Assembly (NCBI GenBank): GCA_012842575.1
Contig: DUSP01000057.1
Location: 1-44,176 of the forward strand
Length of the DNA: 44,176 nt
Origin: Clostridia bacterium
GTDB lineage: Bacteria; Bacillota; Sulfobacillia; DUSP01
Direction: 5' to 3'
A model generated the notes under the pieces. It was not told the origin of the DNA. It saw only the letters and a list, made by a program, of their open reading frames with translations, and did not search any database. The position numbers were made by a program, and so were the translations under genes. Positions 8,195 to 16,929 of this stretch are shown here, piece by piece (position 1 is the stretch's first letter; each line of letters starts with the position of its first letter).

Positions 8195-8851
8195 TCACTT
8201 GAGCAACGAAGATGCGTAACGCATCAGGATGGGCGAAATGTATGTCTCAATGGCGGAAGAAAGCACTAACAGTAACCCTAGCAAGAGAAAGAGGACGGTA
8301 TATCCCGCCACCAACCTGCCCATGGCCGTGGTACGCCAAACCCTCCCGCGAGCAAGGAATAGGGAGAATGACGCCGCTATACCGCCCAAAGAAAGGTATG
8401 CGGGAACGAATACGATACTGTGCGGCAGAATCGATGCCAACGCAAAAAGGGCTCCTCGTGCGCCGGCCTCCTCTGCGAAAAAACCTATGACGAAACCGAT
8501 GACGAAACCCCTGGCAAATACGAAACCGTATATAACCGGAAAACCTACAATGGTTAAACCCAAAAACCAGAAGATAAACACCGCTTTTAGGTTCGAAAAG
8601 AGAGATGAATACAAAAGCACACCCAGATCGAGCATTCCCGCAGGGTCCATGGACTCGAAGAAAGCCTTTACGTAGGATAAAAGGGCGGTCTTCTCACTCG
8701 GCGCAAGCGCCGACGCTGCCATCCCGCCGCAAACCAGACCGGCCACAAAGGCAATTATTACAAACGAGTAGACGAGGAAATTGTCTTTCACGCGAAGACT
8801 CCATCCGGTGGGTGACCAGCGCCTTAAAAAGAGCGGCTTTCTGAATGCCAA
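8195..8851 (-). CDS. spoIIM: Stage II sporulation protein M (SpoIIM), polytopic membrane protein
   Basis: 218 aa with about 5-6 TM segments. The N-terminal LRVKDNFLVYSFVIIAFVAGLVCGG and the overall architecture resemble SpoIIM. Its position relative to xerD matches B. subtilis (spoIIM-fur-ripX). The start is TTG with a GGGGTGA SD 7 nt upstream. Confidence 0.78.
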   Translation of the reverse strand: MAFRKPLFLRRWSPTGWSLRVKDNFLVYSFVIIAFVAGLVCGGMAASALAPSEKTALLSYVKAFFESMDPAGMLDLGVLLYSSLFSNLKAVFIFWFLGLTIVGFPVIYGFVFARGFVIGFVIGFFAEEAGARGALFALASILPHSIVFVPAYLSLGGIAASFSLFLARGRVWRTTAMGRLVAGYTVLFLLLGLLLVLSSAIETYISPILMRYASSLLK

Positions 8852-8934
8852 GTCATCTCACCCCGACTTCGGGCTAGAGAGGCCACCGTGCGGATACTGC
8901 CTGCCTATTGGCCTTTATGCGGCCGGTCTTTTAC

Positions 8935-10260
8935 CTAGATATGTTTTGAATGCGGTAAATATGTCCACACCTCCCCGTACCGGCCACCACCCCCCTCTTT
9001 TACGCCATACCTCCCTGCGCGTAAGGCCATGATCGTATCCGCTACACGAACACCTGCGACTCGAGAAATGTCGTCGTGGCTCGAGCCGTGCAATACGCCG
9101 ATTTCACCCCCCAAGGCGTGCGACAAACGACTTGCGGTAACCGGACCTATGCCCGGAATCATGGAAAGCGGGACCTGGTAAATGTAAGGGGGGCGTCCCG
9201 GGGGGTGGTTCCCTTCCTCGAGGTCGGCGATTTCATCGATGCGTTCCTTGACGCCCTTTACGAAATGCGGCCTTTTAGCGCCGCAAGCAGGGCACGTTCC
9301 GTTTGCATAGGCTTGGGAGTCTAAGAATGAACCGCACTTACCGCAAACGCTCCTATGGTACTTTCCGAGCCTCGGGTCTATTCCCACATTGGCCACTTGG
9401 AACCTCATGCTCCCTCCAAACAGGCTCGATTTGACCCCCTCAAACGAAGGGAGCTCCATATAAAGTACGGTGAATTCCCGCGCGATCCTCTGTGGAGAAT
9501 GGGCGTCAGAACTTGACAAAAACGGAAATCCGTGTAATTCGCTAATCCTATCGGCCATAGTGGTATCGGCGCTCAACCCGAGCTCTAAAGCGATATGGCC
9601 CGTCGTACCCTTTCCGAAAGGGCTGTACGATCCTGGTTCTAGCATCGGCAAGAACCCATAAGCACGTTCCAGCCAAGGGGAAAGCCTCGTGCCCGCGGAC
9701 CCAAAGTATCCTTTGTACGGAGTGAAAGCATGAGCTATGGCTGAAAAACCTCCTAGGCTTTCCACCTTTCGCAAAAGCGAGCCAGGGTCGATATTCACAC
9801 GAGGAGTGCTCATATTGACGTTGGCACAATGAGGCATGAGGAACGCCGTGAATTCGCGGCACTGTACAATACCGGGGAAGAACGCGACCAAGTGAAAGGG
9901 GCGTCCGTCTTTATCGATTTCGACCTCCGCGCCGGGGATTACCAACAACTTCTTCCGCCAAAGGAGGCCTCCGCCTTCGACTTCCTTCAAGTCGCCTGCT
10001 TGTATCAGCTCGTCCAAGTCGGCGACGACCCATCGAGAGTTACAATCCACTATTCCTAGAGCATCCAAGCCCTTATCATACAGGGCCGCCTCGAGAATGC
10101 GGGGAACGGTCATGTCGCACGAAGAAGGTATCTTTACGGGCTTTCCGCACGCTTTTCCCACGTGAATGTGGAGGTCGATCCTATACTCACCCGATATGCA
10201 TTTACCCGGCCCCTCCGCGTCGGAACCATTCCCATAAGACTGCCACCAGTGTCTTCGCAT
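8935..10260 (-). CDS. Endonuclease Q family protein (PHP-like domain + Zn-ribbon + helix-hairpin-helix)
   Basis: 441 aa. The N-terminal IDLHIHVG is the metal site of a PHP-type fold. The Zn ribbon is CGKCGSF...CPACGAK. A C-terminal HhH is present (IPGIGPVTASRLSHALGGE). Its position adjacent to nudF matches the B. subtilis EndoQ homologue. Confidence 0.7.
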   Translation of the reverse strand: MRRHWWQSYGNGSDAEGPGKCISGEYRIDLHIHVGKACGKPVKIPSSCDMTVPRILEAALYDKGLDALGIVDCNSRWVVADLDELIQAGDLKEVEGGGLLWRKKLLVIPGAEVEIDKDGRPFHLVAFFPGIVQCREFTAFLMPHCANVNMSTPRVNIDPGSLLRKVESLGGFSAIAHAFTPYKGYFGSAGTRLSPWLERAYGFLPMLEPGSYSPFGKGTTGHIALELGLSADTTMADRISELHGFPFLSSSDAHSPQRIAREFTVLYMELPSFEGVKSSLFGGSMRFQVANVGIDPRLGKYHRSVCGKCGSFLDSQAYANGTCPACGAKRPHFVKGVKERIDEIADLEEGNHPPGRPPYIYQVPLSMIPGIGPVTASRLSHALGGEIGVLHGSSHDDISRVAGVRVADTIMALRAGRYGVKEGGGGRYGEVWTYLPHSKHI

Positions 10261-10873
10261 CTTTTATCCCGCCCAGACGTATCGCCTCGAGGCATTCCTT
10301 CAAAGGCACCCACCTCACGAGAATGCGCTCGTCCTCATCTTTAGCCACTTCTCCCTGCATCTTCGAAAGATCAGCCGCTCTATATACCACGAGCCTTTCA
10401 GTCATGATGCCCGGACTGGAATAAAACTCCGTAATCCTCTCCCAGGACCTGGCAGCTACACCAACTTCCTCCAAGAGTTCCCTCCTCGCCGCCACCCATG
10501 GATCTTCACCTTTGTCGATTTTTCCCGCCGGTATCTCCCAGAGGATCTCACCGGTCGGATACCTGAATTGCTTTACGAGTGCAATCCTTCCGGCGTCATC
10601 GACCGCCAAAACGGCGACAGCCCCGGGGTGGACGACGACTTCACGCACCACTTGTCGGTCGTCGGATGTAGCTGCCCTATCGACCCGTACGGAAACGATT
10701 TTCCCGGAGAAAACCGTCTTCATTTCTAGCGGGCGCTCGACGAGGTCCTCATCCAAAACCGCTTTTTCCGAAGGTTTTCCCCCATCGCCATATGGGAAAG
10801 AGCAAAAGCTGCCGTAACTACTGCGCTGCTTTTGCTCCCGTTTTTCCTCATCGCCAACTTGGAAAGAGCTCAT
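10202..10873 (-). CDS. nudF: ADP-ribose pyrophosphatase (Nudix hydrolase)
   Basis: The Nudix box is GKIDKGEDPWVAARRELLEEVGV. The N-terminal FSGKIVSVRVD...HPGAVAVLAV is typical of NudF. The track ORF runs up to 11047, but that stretch overlaps the DUF3866 gene in another frame. ATG at 10873 (MSSFQ...) has an AAGGCGGG SD and is my preferred start. Confidence 0.85.
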   Translation of the reverse strand: MSSFQVGDEEKREQKQRSSYGSFCSFPYGDGGKPSEKAVLDEDLVERPLEMKTVFSGKIVSVRVDRAATSDDRQVVREVVVHPGAVAVLAVDDAGRIALVKQFRYPTGEILWEIPAGKIDKGEDPWVAARRELLEEVGVAARSWERITEFYSSPGIMTERLVVYRAADLSKMQGEVAKDEDERILVRWVPLKECLEAIRLGGIKDAKTLVAVLWEWFRRGGAG

Positions 10874-12173
10874 TCGTGATCCCGCCTTCGTTATCCCGCC
10901 TTCTCCTTCTGGCCGCCAAGGCGAGGACGCCGGCCACGTCCCCGCACGCCGCCGCGGCCTCGAATAAAAGCGGCTCTTGTTCGTATGACCGACCCATCGA
11001 TTGTAGCTCAAACCCCATGTCTTGCAGTAACCTTGTGCCCAGGACACCGTTTCCCATAATAAACAGGTGTTTTCTGTAAAGACCCTCGCGGCGAATCGTC
11101 TCGAACACCGTATCGAGCGATGGGCGGGAGATTCGGGGCAAGCCTACGATACACGGGGGGTATACCACTTCTTTTAATACCGTAACGGTATGATGACTTA
11201 GCCCATAATGCCTCGTCCTCGTATCCGCGAAACCGATTCGCGGGACCGCTATGGGCTTCCCTCCAAGGGCAAAGGCGGCGTTGATGGCTTCACCTTGCGA
11301 TATGGCCGTCGTACCAAAGGCGGTTCCGGTACCCACAATGCCCGGTCCTATACACACCACCGCTACATCGGCCTTGCTGACATGCTTGGCGGCGATTAAG
11401 GCACTGTACACGTTTATGGCTTCCAAGTCCCCTCCGAAGGCATGCCCACATGTTATGGTAGTCCCGACCAGACCCCTTTCTTTGAGGAAGGCCACGGTTT
11501 TCGATATGGCAAGGGGTAGCGCACCGCCATCCGTCATTATGTAGGTTACCCGGGGCGTGATCCGGCGCCCCCGAAGCCGACACCATATACCGGCAACAGC
11601 GGGCGCCACTTGGCTATGGAGCTCCCCCACTATTACGGGCATGCCCTCGAGATCGGGCCTTTGCAGGGCATCACGCCGACCGGAGGCTTCTTCTTCCACT
11701 GCCAGACATCGGAACTGCAAAGGAGTATACCTGAGCTTCATGATATGCCCCTGTTCTCGTCCGGCAAACCCCGCTGTCATAACGCCGTTCGGTATCGGCA
11801 TCGTAATCCCATTTGGACATGTTGCCTGACTTGCTGCCGACGATTCCCTGGGTTGGCCTTTCCCTCGAGGAACATCGGTTTTTCGCTGCCCGGCGACATT
11901 CCCATCCAGTCCAAGGGGCCCGAGGGACTTAATTACTTGGGCGACGAAGTCGTATCCGCCACTTCCCAAACCCAAAGCCCGTGCAGTGGCATTAACCACG
12001 ACTTCATCGCCCTCACTTACTTCACCGGTCAATTTGACGAAGTTAAATGCGAGCGATTTCTCTTCTCCATAACGTACCTCAATCTCTTGTAAGTCTTGGG
12101 TTCTGCTCACTATTTCTTCAACGTACCCGCGCAACCACACTATGTCGCGCCCGCCGTATGACTCAGTCTTCAT
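10848..12173 (-). CDS. DUF3866-family protein (function unknown)
   Basis: 441 aa. The N-terminal small barrel reads EVRYGEEKSLAFNFVKLTGEVSEGDEVVVNATARALGLGSGGYDFV. It is followed by a Gly-rich alpha/beta domain (ICIGPGIVGTGTAFGTTAISQGEAINAAFALGGKPIAVPRIGFAD). This is as I remember DUF3866, with an extra low-complexity insertion. Its ATG overlaps the stop of the upstream ORF by 11 nt. Confidence 0.65.
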   Translation of the reverse strand: MKTESYGGRDIVWLRGYVEEIVSRTQDLQEIEVRYGEEKSLAFNFVKLTGEVSEGDEVVVNATARALGLGSGGYDFVAQVIKSLGPLGLDGNVAGQRKTDVPRGKGQPRESSAASQATCPNGITMPIPNGVMTAGFAGREQGHIMKLRYTPLQFRCLAVEEEASGRRDALQRPDLEGMPVIVGELHSQVAPAVAGIWCRLRGRRITPRVTYIMTDGGALPLAISKTVAFLKERGLVGTTITCGHAFGGDLEAINVYSALIAAKHVSKADVAVVCIGPGIVGTGTAFGTTAISQGEAINAAFALGGKPIAVPRIGFADTRTRHYGLSHHTVTVLKEVVYPPCIVGLPRISRPSLDTVFETIRREGLYRKHLFIMGNGVLGTRLLQDMGFELQSMGRSYEQEPLLFEAAAACGDVAGVLALAARRRRRDNEGGITNELFPSWR

Positions 12174-12960
12174 GATCTCTCGTCGCCGCTACCTCGCGTT
12201 TGTCATGCGTCATACCCAAGGACCCTTGTCGCGGATCGTCCAGTTCCTGGTGGGCAGCCTTCGGAATGGAAGTCCTCCCGGAGGCGGCTATGAGTTTCGG
12301 AAGCCTTCTGTTGACGGCGTCAAGCGTCGCCCTGACCGCTGCGTCCGCCGGATCCCTTCGTACGCAAACCGCGCCCACTAAGATTTCTTCGTTACCACGT
12401 GGCGTTATGGCAACTAATACGGCAATGGCAATATCGCGCTGCCCCACCCTTACGATACCGATATCCTCGAGGGCCAAGAGGTTTTGCGGATCGCACGCTT
12501 GACTCAAAGCGGCTACTGCAGCTCTTGAGAATATCTTAAGGGATGTGGCGGCCGATGAAGCGCCCTCGGCAGTACCTTCGTACGTCGTACTGTCGTCGTC
12601 GGATCTGCCCAAGACTACTTTCGCCTTGAGGCTTCCGCGGACGGTATCGGTGGAAACTTCAAGGCTCAGGAGCTTTAGACGAACATAAGGTAGGGGCCCC
12701 CTTATCCCGGTGAGTTGAGCAACGCTTATTTTCTTATGGTCCACGTTTAAATTCCACTTCGCGGCGAGGGAACTCTCTACGTCCCTCACTATTTGCTTGG
12801 GGCTTCTCTCGGGACCGGCAAGAATGTGTATTTCCTCAATGGCTCCCCAATCATTCACGACCACCCTGGCGGATATAACACCCGCCAAGAGCCCCAACAG
12901 GTGCTCTATTTCCTCTACAGTTACTACGCTACGGGGCTTCCCCCCTGCCTCAGCTCCCAA
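12163..12960 (-). CDS. Hypothetical protein, no family recognised (two-domain, soluble)
   Basis: 265 aa with a TTG start preceded by AGGGGGG. The composition is protein-like. The N-terminal module is VEEIEHLLGLLAGVISARVVVNDWGAIEEIHILAGPERSPKQIVRDVESSLAAKW. A second alpha/beta module ends in AAVRATLDAVNRRL. It is co-directional and translationally coupled to the DUF3866 gene. Confidence 0.55.
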   Translation of the reverse strand: MGAEAGGKPRSVVTVEEIEHLLGLLAGVISARVVVNDWGAIEEIHILAGPERSPKQIVRDVESSLAAKWNLNVDHKKISVAQLTGIRGPLPYVRLKLLSLEVSTDTVRGSLKAKVVLGRSDDDSTTYEGTAEGASSAATSLKIFSRAAVAALSQACDPQNLLALEDIGIVRVGQRDIAIAVLVAITPRGNEEILVGAVCVRRDPADAAVRATLDAVNRRLPKLIAASGRTSIPKAAHQELDDPRQGSLGMTHDKREVAATRDHED

Positions 12961-13175
12961 GCTCTGCCCCCCTAACCTATGATTTATGCCCTACAGTAAA
13001 AGCACTTACGGCAAAAACGGAACAACCCAAAATAATATCGAGATACGGCTTTTTGCGGTTAAGCGATAATATGTGGTGTCTTGAGCCGGACTCGACCTTC
13101 ATTTGGGTCCCATAAATAAGGGAAGGGGAACTCAATGAACTTTCAACGTGCAGGAATTGTCGTCCCTTTGTTTTC

Positions 13176-14060
13176 CTATTCTCGTTCCCCGTACAAATTC
13201 CTTTTGCTGGCGTTTTGTCGCCTCCGGTTTTGCCCTGCCCCTTGAATCCCTCCGAGAGCATCTACCCACCGTAACATCCGAGAACGCTCGACCAGATGTG
13301 AGACTGAGGAGACCTCGATGAGGATCTGGAACAAAAAAAGCGTCGCCAGTATGAGCGTTCTTAAACCGGGTGAAGGAGCGAGGATCAAAAGCAGACCCAG
13401 GGAGGCGCCGATGGTATTGGCGCCGGCGTCCCCCATCATCAGCCTCTCCTTTAAGTCGTATAGACCATAGGCCGCGGTGGAGGCCAAGACCGGTAGGGTG
13501 AGCATGACTCCTTCGTCCGTAACATTCCATTCCGTGAGTAGTCCGAGGCAGGTCAAGGCAAAAAGGGATGAAGCCCAATATGCCTTCAGGGCTCTTCCGG
13601 GTCTGACATCCAAGGCATTGAAGGCGTTCGTCGTCAAAGATACGATGGCAGCATTTCTCCAAAGATCAATCAGCCCTTCACTTTCCCCAAAAGCCGCTAT
13701 AAAGCTAATGAGGACTATAAAAAGGGCTTTCAAGGCCCCGGTTGAAATGTACCCCTCCAACGCCTTCGAAAAATGCCCTTTTATCCCCTTTATCCCCTTT
13801 GCTTGGCCTGTCCCGACCATATCGTCCAAAAGACCTACGAGACACACTCCGAAGAGCGTCATGCCATAAATACCGGCACGTCTGGGCTCAACCAACCCGA
13901 AGGCGAGCATAAAGGGTAAAGCGAAAGCCCATGCGAACACGAATGCCAACCCTGCTCCATAAGGCAAGACCACACCCCTATAATTGCTGCGGACCAGTCC
14001 CCCTTCCGGGAACAACCTCGCGAATACGGGCACCAAGATCCGAGTGACCAAGACGGCCAC
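13176..14060 (-). CDS. Glycosyltransferase family 4 (MraY/WecA/TagO-like polyprenyl-phosphate sugar-1-phosphate transferase)
   Basis: 294 aa with about 8-9 TM segments. Motifs seen: LLDDMVG (DD motif), NAFNALD (NxxNxxD motif) and MMGDAGANTIGASLG. Confidence 0.7.
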   Translation of the reverse strand: MAVLVTRILVPVFARLFPEGGLVRSNYRGVVLPYGAGLAFVFAWAFALPFMLAFGLVEPRRAGIYGMTLFGVCLVGLLDDMVGTGQAKGIKGIKGHFSKALEGYISTGALKALFIVLISFIAAFGESEGLIDLWRNAAIVSLTTNAFNALDVRPGRALKAYWASSLFALTCLGLLTEWNVTDEGVMLTLPVLASTAAYGLYDLKERLMMGDAGANTIGASLGLLLILAPSPGLRTLILATLFLFQILIEVSSVSHLVERSRMLRWVDALGGIQGAGQNRRRQNASKRNLYGERE

Positions 14061-14077
14061 CGCTACAGGTATGCTTA

Positions 14078-14815
14078 TTAAAATTCGGATTCCCTCCGTT
14101 TAGCGCGACCAAACAGCCTCGGAAGCGCTGCGTAACATATGTGTAAGAGCTGTATACCCCTGTGAATCAGACCACGAAGGCTCTTACCGTCTCCCGAATG
14201 CATCATATCCGTTTGTATTTCCCGTACCTTAAACCCCGCGCGGATAGCGTCTATCGTCAAGGCTATCTCAAAACCAAACCCCAAAGCGACGGTATCGAGT
14301 CGCGACCATACGGACGATTTGAACGCCCGTTGCCCCGATAACGGCCACGTTACGTCCGTGCCGGTAAGGAATTTCGTGATGCGCCGCGCTATAGCGGCGA
14401 CGAGTCCGAAACCCCCGGTACCCTCTTGGACCTTCACCCCACCTATAACCATGTCCCCTTCGTCCGCCAGCAGGCTGTTGAGAAGCCTCTCCGCTTTCTG
14501 TGCTTCGGCGCCCAGGTCGGCGTCGACCAACAAGAAGGCATCATAACCTTCCAATGAGAGACACTTCAGCGCAAGCCTCAGAGCGCCCCCTTTTCCTCGA
14601 CGGCGGGCAAGGCGCAAAACCCTGACGCCACGGGCCTGGGCTATGGCCTGGGTTTCGTCCGATGAGCCGTCATCCACAACAACGATCTCCAGGTTGCCAG
14701 GTATTCGCCTTAACGCATCTATGGTAGCTCCGATGCTCTGGGATTCGTTATGGGCCGGCACCACTGCCGCTACGGTGAAGGGAGAGTCACCAATCCGTGC
14801 CATCGCTTGGTTCAT
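14078..14815 (-). CDS. GT-A fold glycosyltransferase (family 2 / GpgS-like)
   Basis: 245 aa. Motifs seen: AAVVPAHNES, VVVDDGSSDET, LVDADL (DxD), PLSGQRAF and GFGFEIALTIDA...H. The pattern resembles glucosyl-3-phosphoglycerate-synthase-type and dolichyl-phosphate-type GT-A enzymes. Confidence 0.78.
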   Translation of the reverse strand: MNQAMARIGDSPFTVAAVVPAHNESQSIGATIDALRRIPGNLEIVVVDDGSSDETQAIAQARGVRVLRLARRRGKGGALRLALKCLSLEGYDAFLLVDADLGAEAQKAERLLNSLLADEGDMVIGGVKVQEGTGGFGLVAAIARRITKFLTGTDVTWPLSGQRAFKSSVWSRLDTVALGFGFEIALTIDAIRAGFKVREIQTDMMHSGDGKSLRGLIHRGIQLLHICYAALPRLFGRAKRRESEF

Positions 14816-15647
14816 CGCTTTGAGTATCCTGCCCTGGGTTTACCCAATACCTTCCCAATGAAAAATTCCCGGAATCTCCGTCGGCTATGAGTGCCAATGC
14901 GAGCCTGCCCGCAGGAAGATCGACACAGTCTACGCTCGATATGCCGATTTCACCTAGCCTCTTACCATCAAGCGGAAGGGCCGACACTGAGGTGGACACC
15001 ACCGCCAGCCTTATTCCTATCTCGCTTGCCAATTGCCTCACCCGAAGAAGCGTATCCATAGTGACCCCACATCGTGAAACCAGTCCGGAACCGAAGAGCA
15101 ACAAAACGGGTCGTCCTTGGCCAAGACTTTCGCGAATGCCAAGAGCCATGCGATTCAGGTCCACTTTCTCCGGAAGCGGTGTAAAGACCTGGGGTGTTTG
15201 GGTACCCCCTTCCTCGCGAAACTGTGTAAGGACCTTTACCACAGCAATCAGTCGCTTGTCGTCAAGTCCTGAGTCATCGGGAAAAAGAGCCATAAACTCG
15301 TGGGAGAGCCCTAGCTTGGATAACACTTCATCTTCGAATTCACCGTCCAAGGCCAAAAGAAACAAGCGCTGCTCTCCGGAGTACTTCTTCACAGCCCGGG
15401 AGATCACCGTTTCGTCCAGTCCTATGAGGGTCTTCAGGTTTTCCCGCATCAACTTCGTTTGCCTTGAGGCAGCCTTGATTTCCATCATCAAGTTGTCGAC
15501 ATCTTGTTCGAGCCTTGCCACCATCTTCTCCTGGGCTTCTTGAAGCGTATCCCCGCCCACGACGATTGATCCGACGAAAATTCCAACCCCCAAAGCCAAA
15601 AAAACCGCAATCAACGATATGATGTGCGTCTTTATGTCGATGATCAA
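14787..15647 (-). CDS. steB: SteB / MctB-family membrane-anchored protein ('copper transporter' family)
   Basis: The N-terminus LIIDIKTHIISLIAVFLALGVGIFVG closely parallels the mycobacterial MctB N-terminus (MISLRQHAVSLAAVFLALAMGVVLG), and a coiled-coil follows. The track start is 15701. I prefer TTG at 15647, which forms a TTGA overlap with the steA stop and has a GGAGGG SD 8 nt upstream. Confidence 0.75.
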   Translation of the reverse strand: MIIDIKTHIISLIAVFLALGVGIFVGSIVVGGDTLQEAQEKMVARLEQDVDNLMMEIKAASRQTKLMRENLKTLIGLDETVISRAVKKYSGEQRLFLLALDGEFEDEVLSKLGLSHEFMALFPDDSGLDDKRLIAVVKVLTQFREEGGTQTPQVFTPLPEKVDLNRMALGIRESLGQGRPVLLLFGSGLVSRCGVTMDTLLRVRQLASEIGIRLAVVSTSVSALPLDGKRLGEIGISSVDCVDLPAGRLALALIADGDSGNFSLGRYWVNPGQDTQSDEPSDGTDW

Positions 15648-16771
15648 TGGAGGAACCCTCCGAGTCCGACCTTCATCCTGAGACATAAAAGGCGTAAACA
15701 TGTCTGAGTCAAAGGGGAAGCCGTCGCCGCCACTAGTAGAGCCAGGAGCGCACCCGCCACGATCTCGAGAACATGGGCGGGGCGAACTCTCGCAGCATAA
15801 ATTCGGCTGACTCCCTTCGCATCCACCAAGATCGGCCCCACCTTTATCCTCGTCAAGAGCGTACTGGCCATTCCCGCTCTTCCTTTTTCGAGGAAGTCGG
15901 TCATGCTGTTATGCGTCCCGACGGCGACGATCAGGCACGCTCCGGCCTCGAATGCGAGCATCAAGGCTAAGTCTTCGCTGGTGCCGGCGGCCGGAATGAC
16001 ATGAACCTCGACACCGAGGTTCTTCACGCGTTCCAGGCCGGGGGCGCGTCCGTCAGGGTAAGCGTGGACCACCACCTCTGCTCCACACTTTAGGGCTTTA
16101 TCGCTCACGCTATCCATGTCCCCGACGATCATATCCGGCTTCAACCCGAGTTCCAAGATTGCATCGGCGCCACCGTCCACCCCTATAAGTATTGGCCGGG
16201 CTTCTTTAATGTACGGCCTAATGGTGTCGAGATCTTCCTTATACGTCCTCCCTCTGATCACCACCAGGACGTGCTTGCCCTTTATGGGCGTACGGATGGG
16301 TAAAGGTCCAAGGCCTGATACGAGGCGGTGCTTTTCCAAATTGGCAAAGGTGAGGGTATTATCGATGAATTCAAGCAGTGCGTCTTTTACATTTCTTTCC
16401 GCTATGCGAGCGGCTTTCTCGACATCGTCTGGGCCTATGAGTTTCCCCGAAGCGACTACCATACCGTCGACGATGACTTTCCCCGACCTTATCTCAGCCG
16501 TGGTACCGTCCGCAATATCGAGAACTTCTTCTCCGGCCTCGTCAATGAGGGGGACGTCTGCGTTTACGAGTATTCTTGGGCCGTCGTTAACGTACCTGGG
16601 CGAGAACGAAGAGGATACGTTTATGACGGCTTTGACGCCTTTACTCAAGAGCGCACGCGCCGATACCTCGTCAAGCGCAGGGTGATCGATGACGGCGATA
16701 TCCCCCGGCTTAAGCGTCCGAACAAGGTCTTTCGTGCGACGCCCTATTCTGATGCGACCGCGAACTCTCAT
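15644..16771 (-). CDS. steA: SteA-family protein (thiamine-pyrophosphokinase-like domain + C-terminal TM)
   Basis: 375 aa. The N-terminus RIGRRTKDLVRTLKPGDIAVIDHPALDEVSARALL resembles actinobacterial SteA (RTKNL...L.PGDIAVIDH.DLD). The central domain is TPK-like (GVDGGAD...IVGDMDS) and the C-terminus is hydrophobic. A GAGGAG SD lies 7 nt upstream of the ATG. Confidence 0.75.
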   Translation of the reverse strand: MRVRGRIRIGRRTKDLVRTLKPGDIAVIDHPALDEVSARALLSKGVKAVINVSSSFSPRYVNDGPRILVNADVPLIDEAGEEVLDIADGTTAEIRSGKVIVDGMVVASGKLIGPDDVEKAARIAERNVKDALLEFIDNTLTFANLEKHRLVSGLGPLPIRTPIKGKHVLVVIRGRTYKEDLDTIRPYIKEARPILIGVDGGADAILELGLKPDMIVGDMDSVSDKALKCGAEVVVHAYPDGRAPGLERVKNLGVEVHVIPAAGTSEDLALMLAFEAGACLIVAVGTHNSMTDFLEKGRAGMASTLLTRIKVGPILVDAKGVSRIYAARVRPAHVLEIVAGALLALLVAATASPLTQTCLRLLCLRMKVGLGGFLH

Positions 16772-16812
16772 CGTCTATCTCCTCAAGGATTAGATTTCAC
16801 TCAAACCCATTT

Positions 16813-16844
16813 AAAAATACAAAGGTTGGATACTTCATCCAACC
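16813..16844 (-). terminator. Strong intrinsic terminator after spo0A
   Basis: The minus strand reads GGTTGGAT-gaagt-ATCCAACC, a perfect 8-bp stem (16824-16831/16837-16844), followed by TTTGTATTTTT. Confidence 0.8.
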
Positions 16845-16929
16845 TTCACGCAAAGGCGAAAACCACATAAGCGATTCCGAACGAAAAAGTCATTGTGCCT
16901 TACAACTTGGCCTTACCATAAAACCCACT

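Noticed and set aside
8852-8934. Sigma-E-like elements upstream of spoIIM (GCATAAA ... CAGTATCC).
   Set aside because: The -10 match is poor, so no call was made.
12977-13261. 94-aa minus-strand ORF across the GT4 3' end and the AT-rich spacer, including a 41-aa sub-ORF with a hydrophobic tail.
   Set aside because: It overlaps the GT4 gene in another frame, no SD precedes either start, and the AT-rich spacer more likely holds a promoter.
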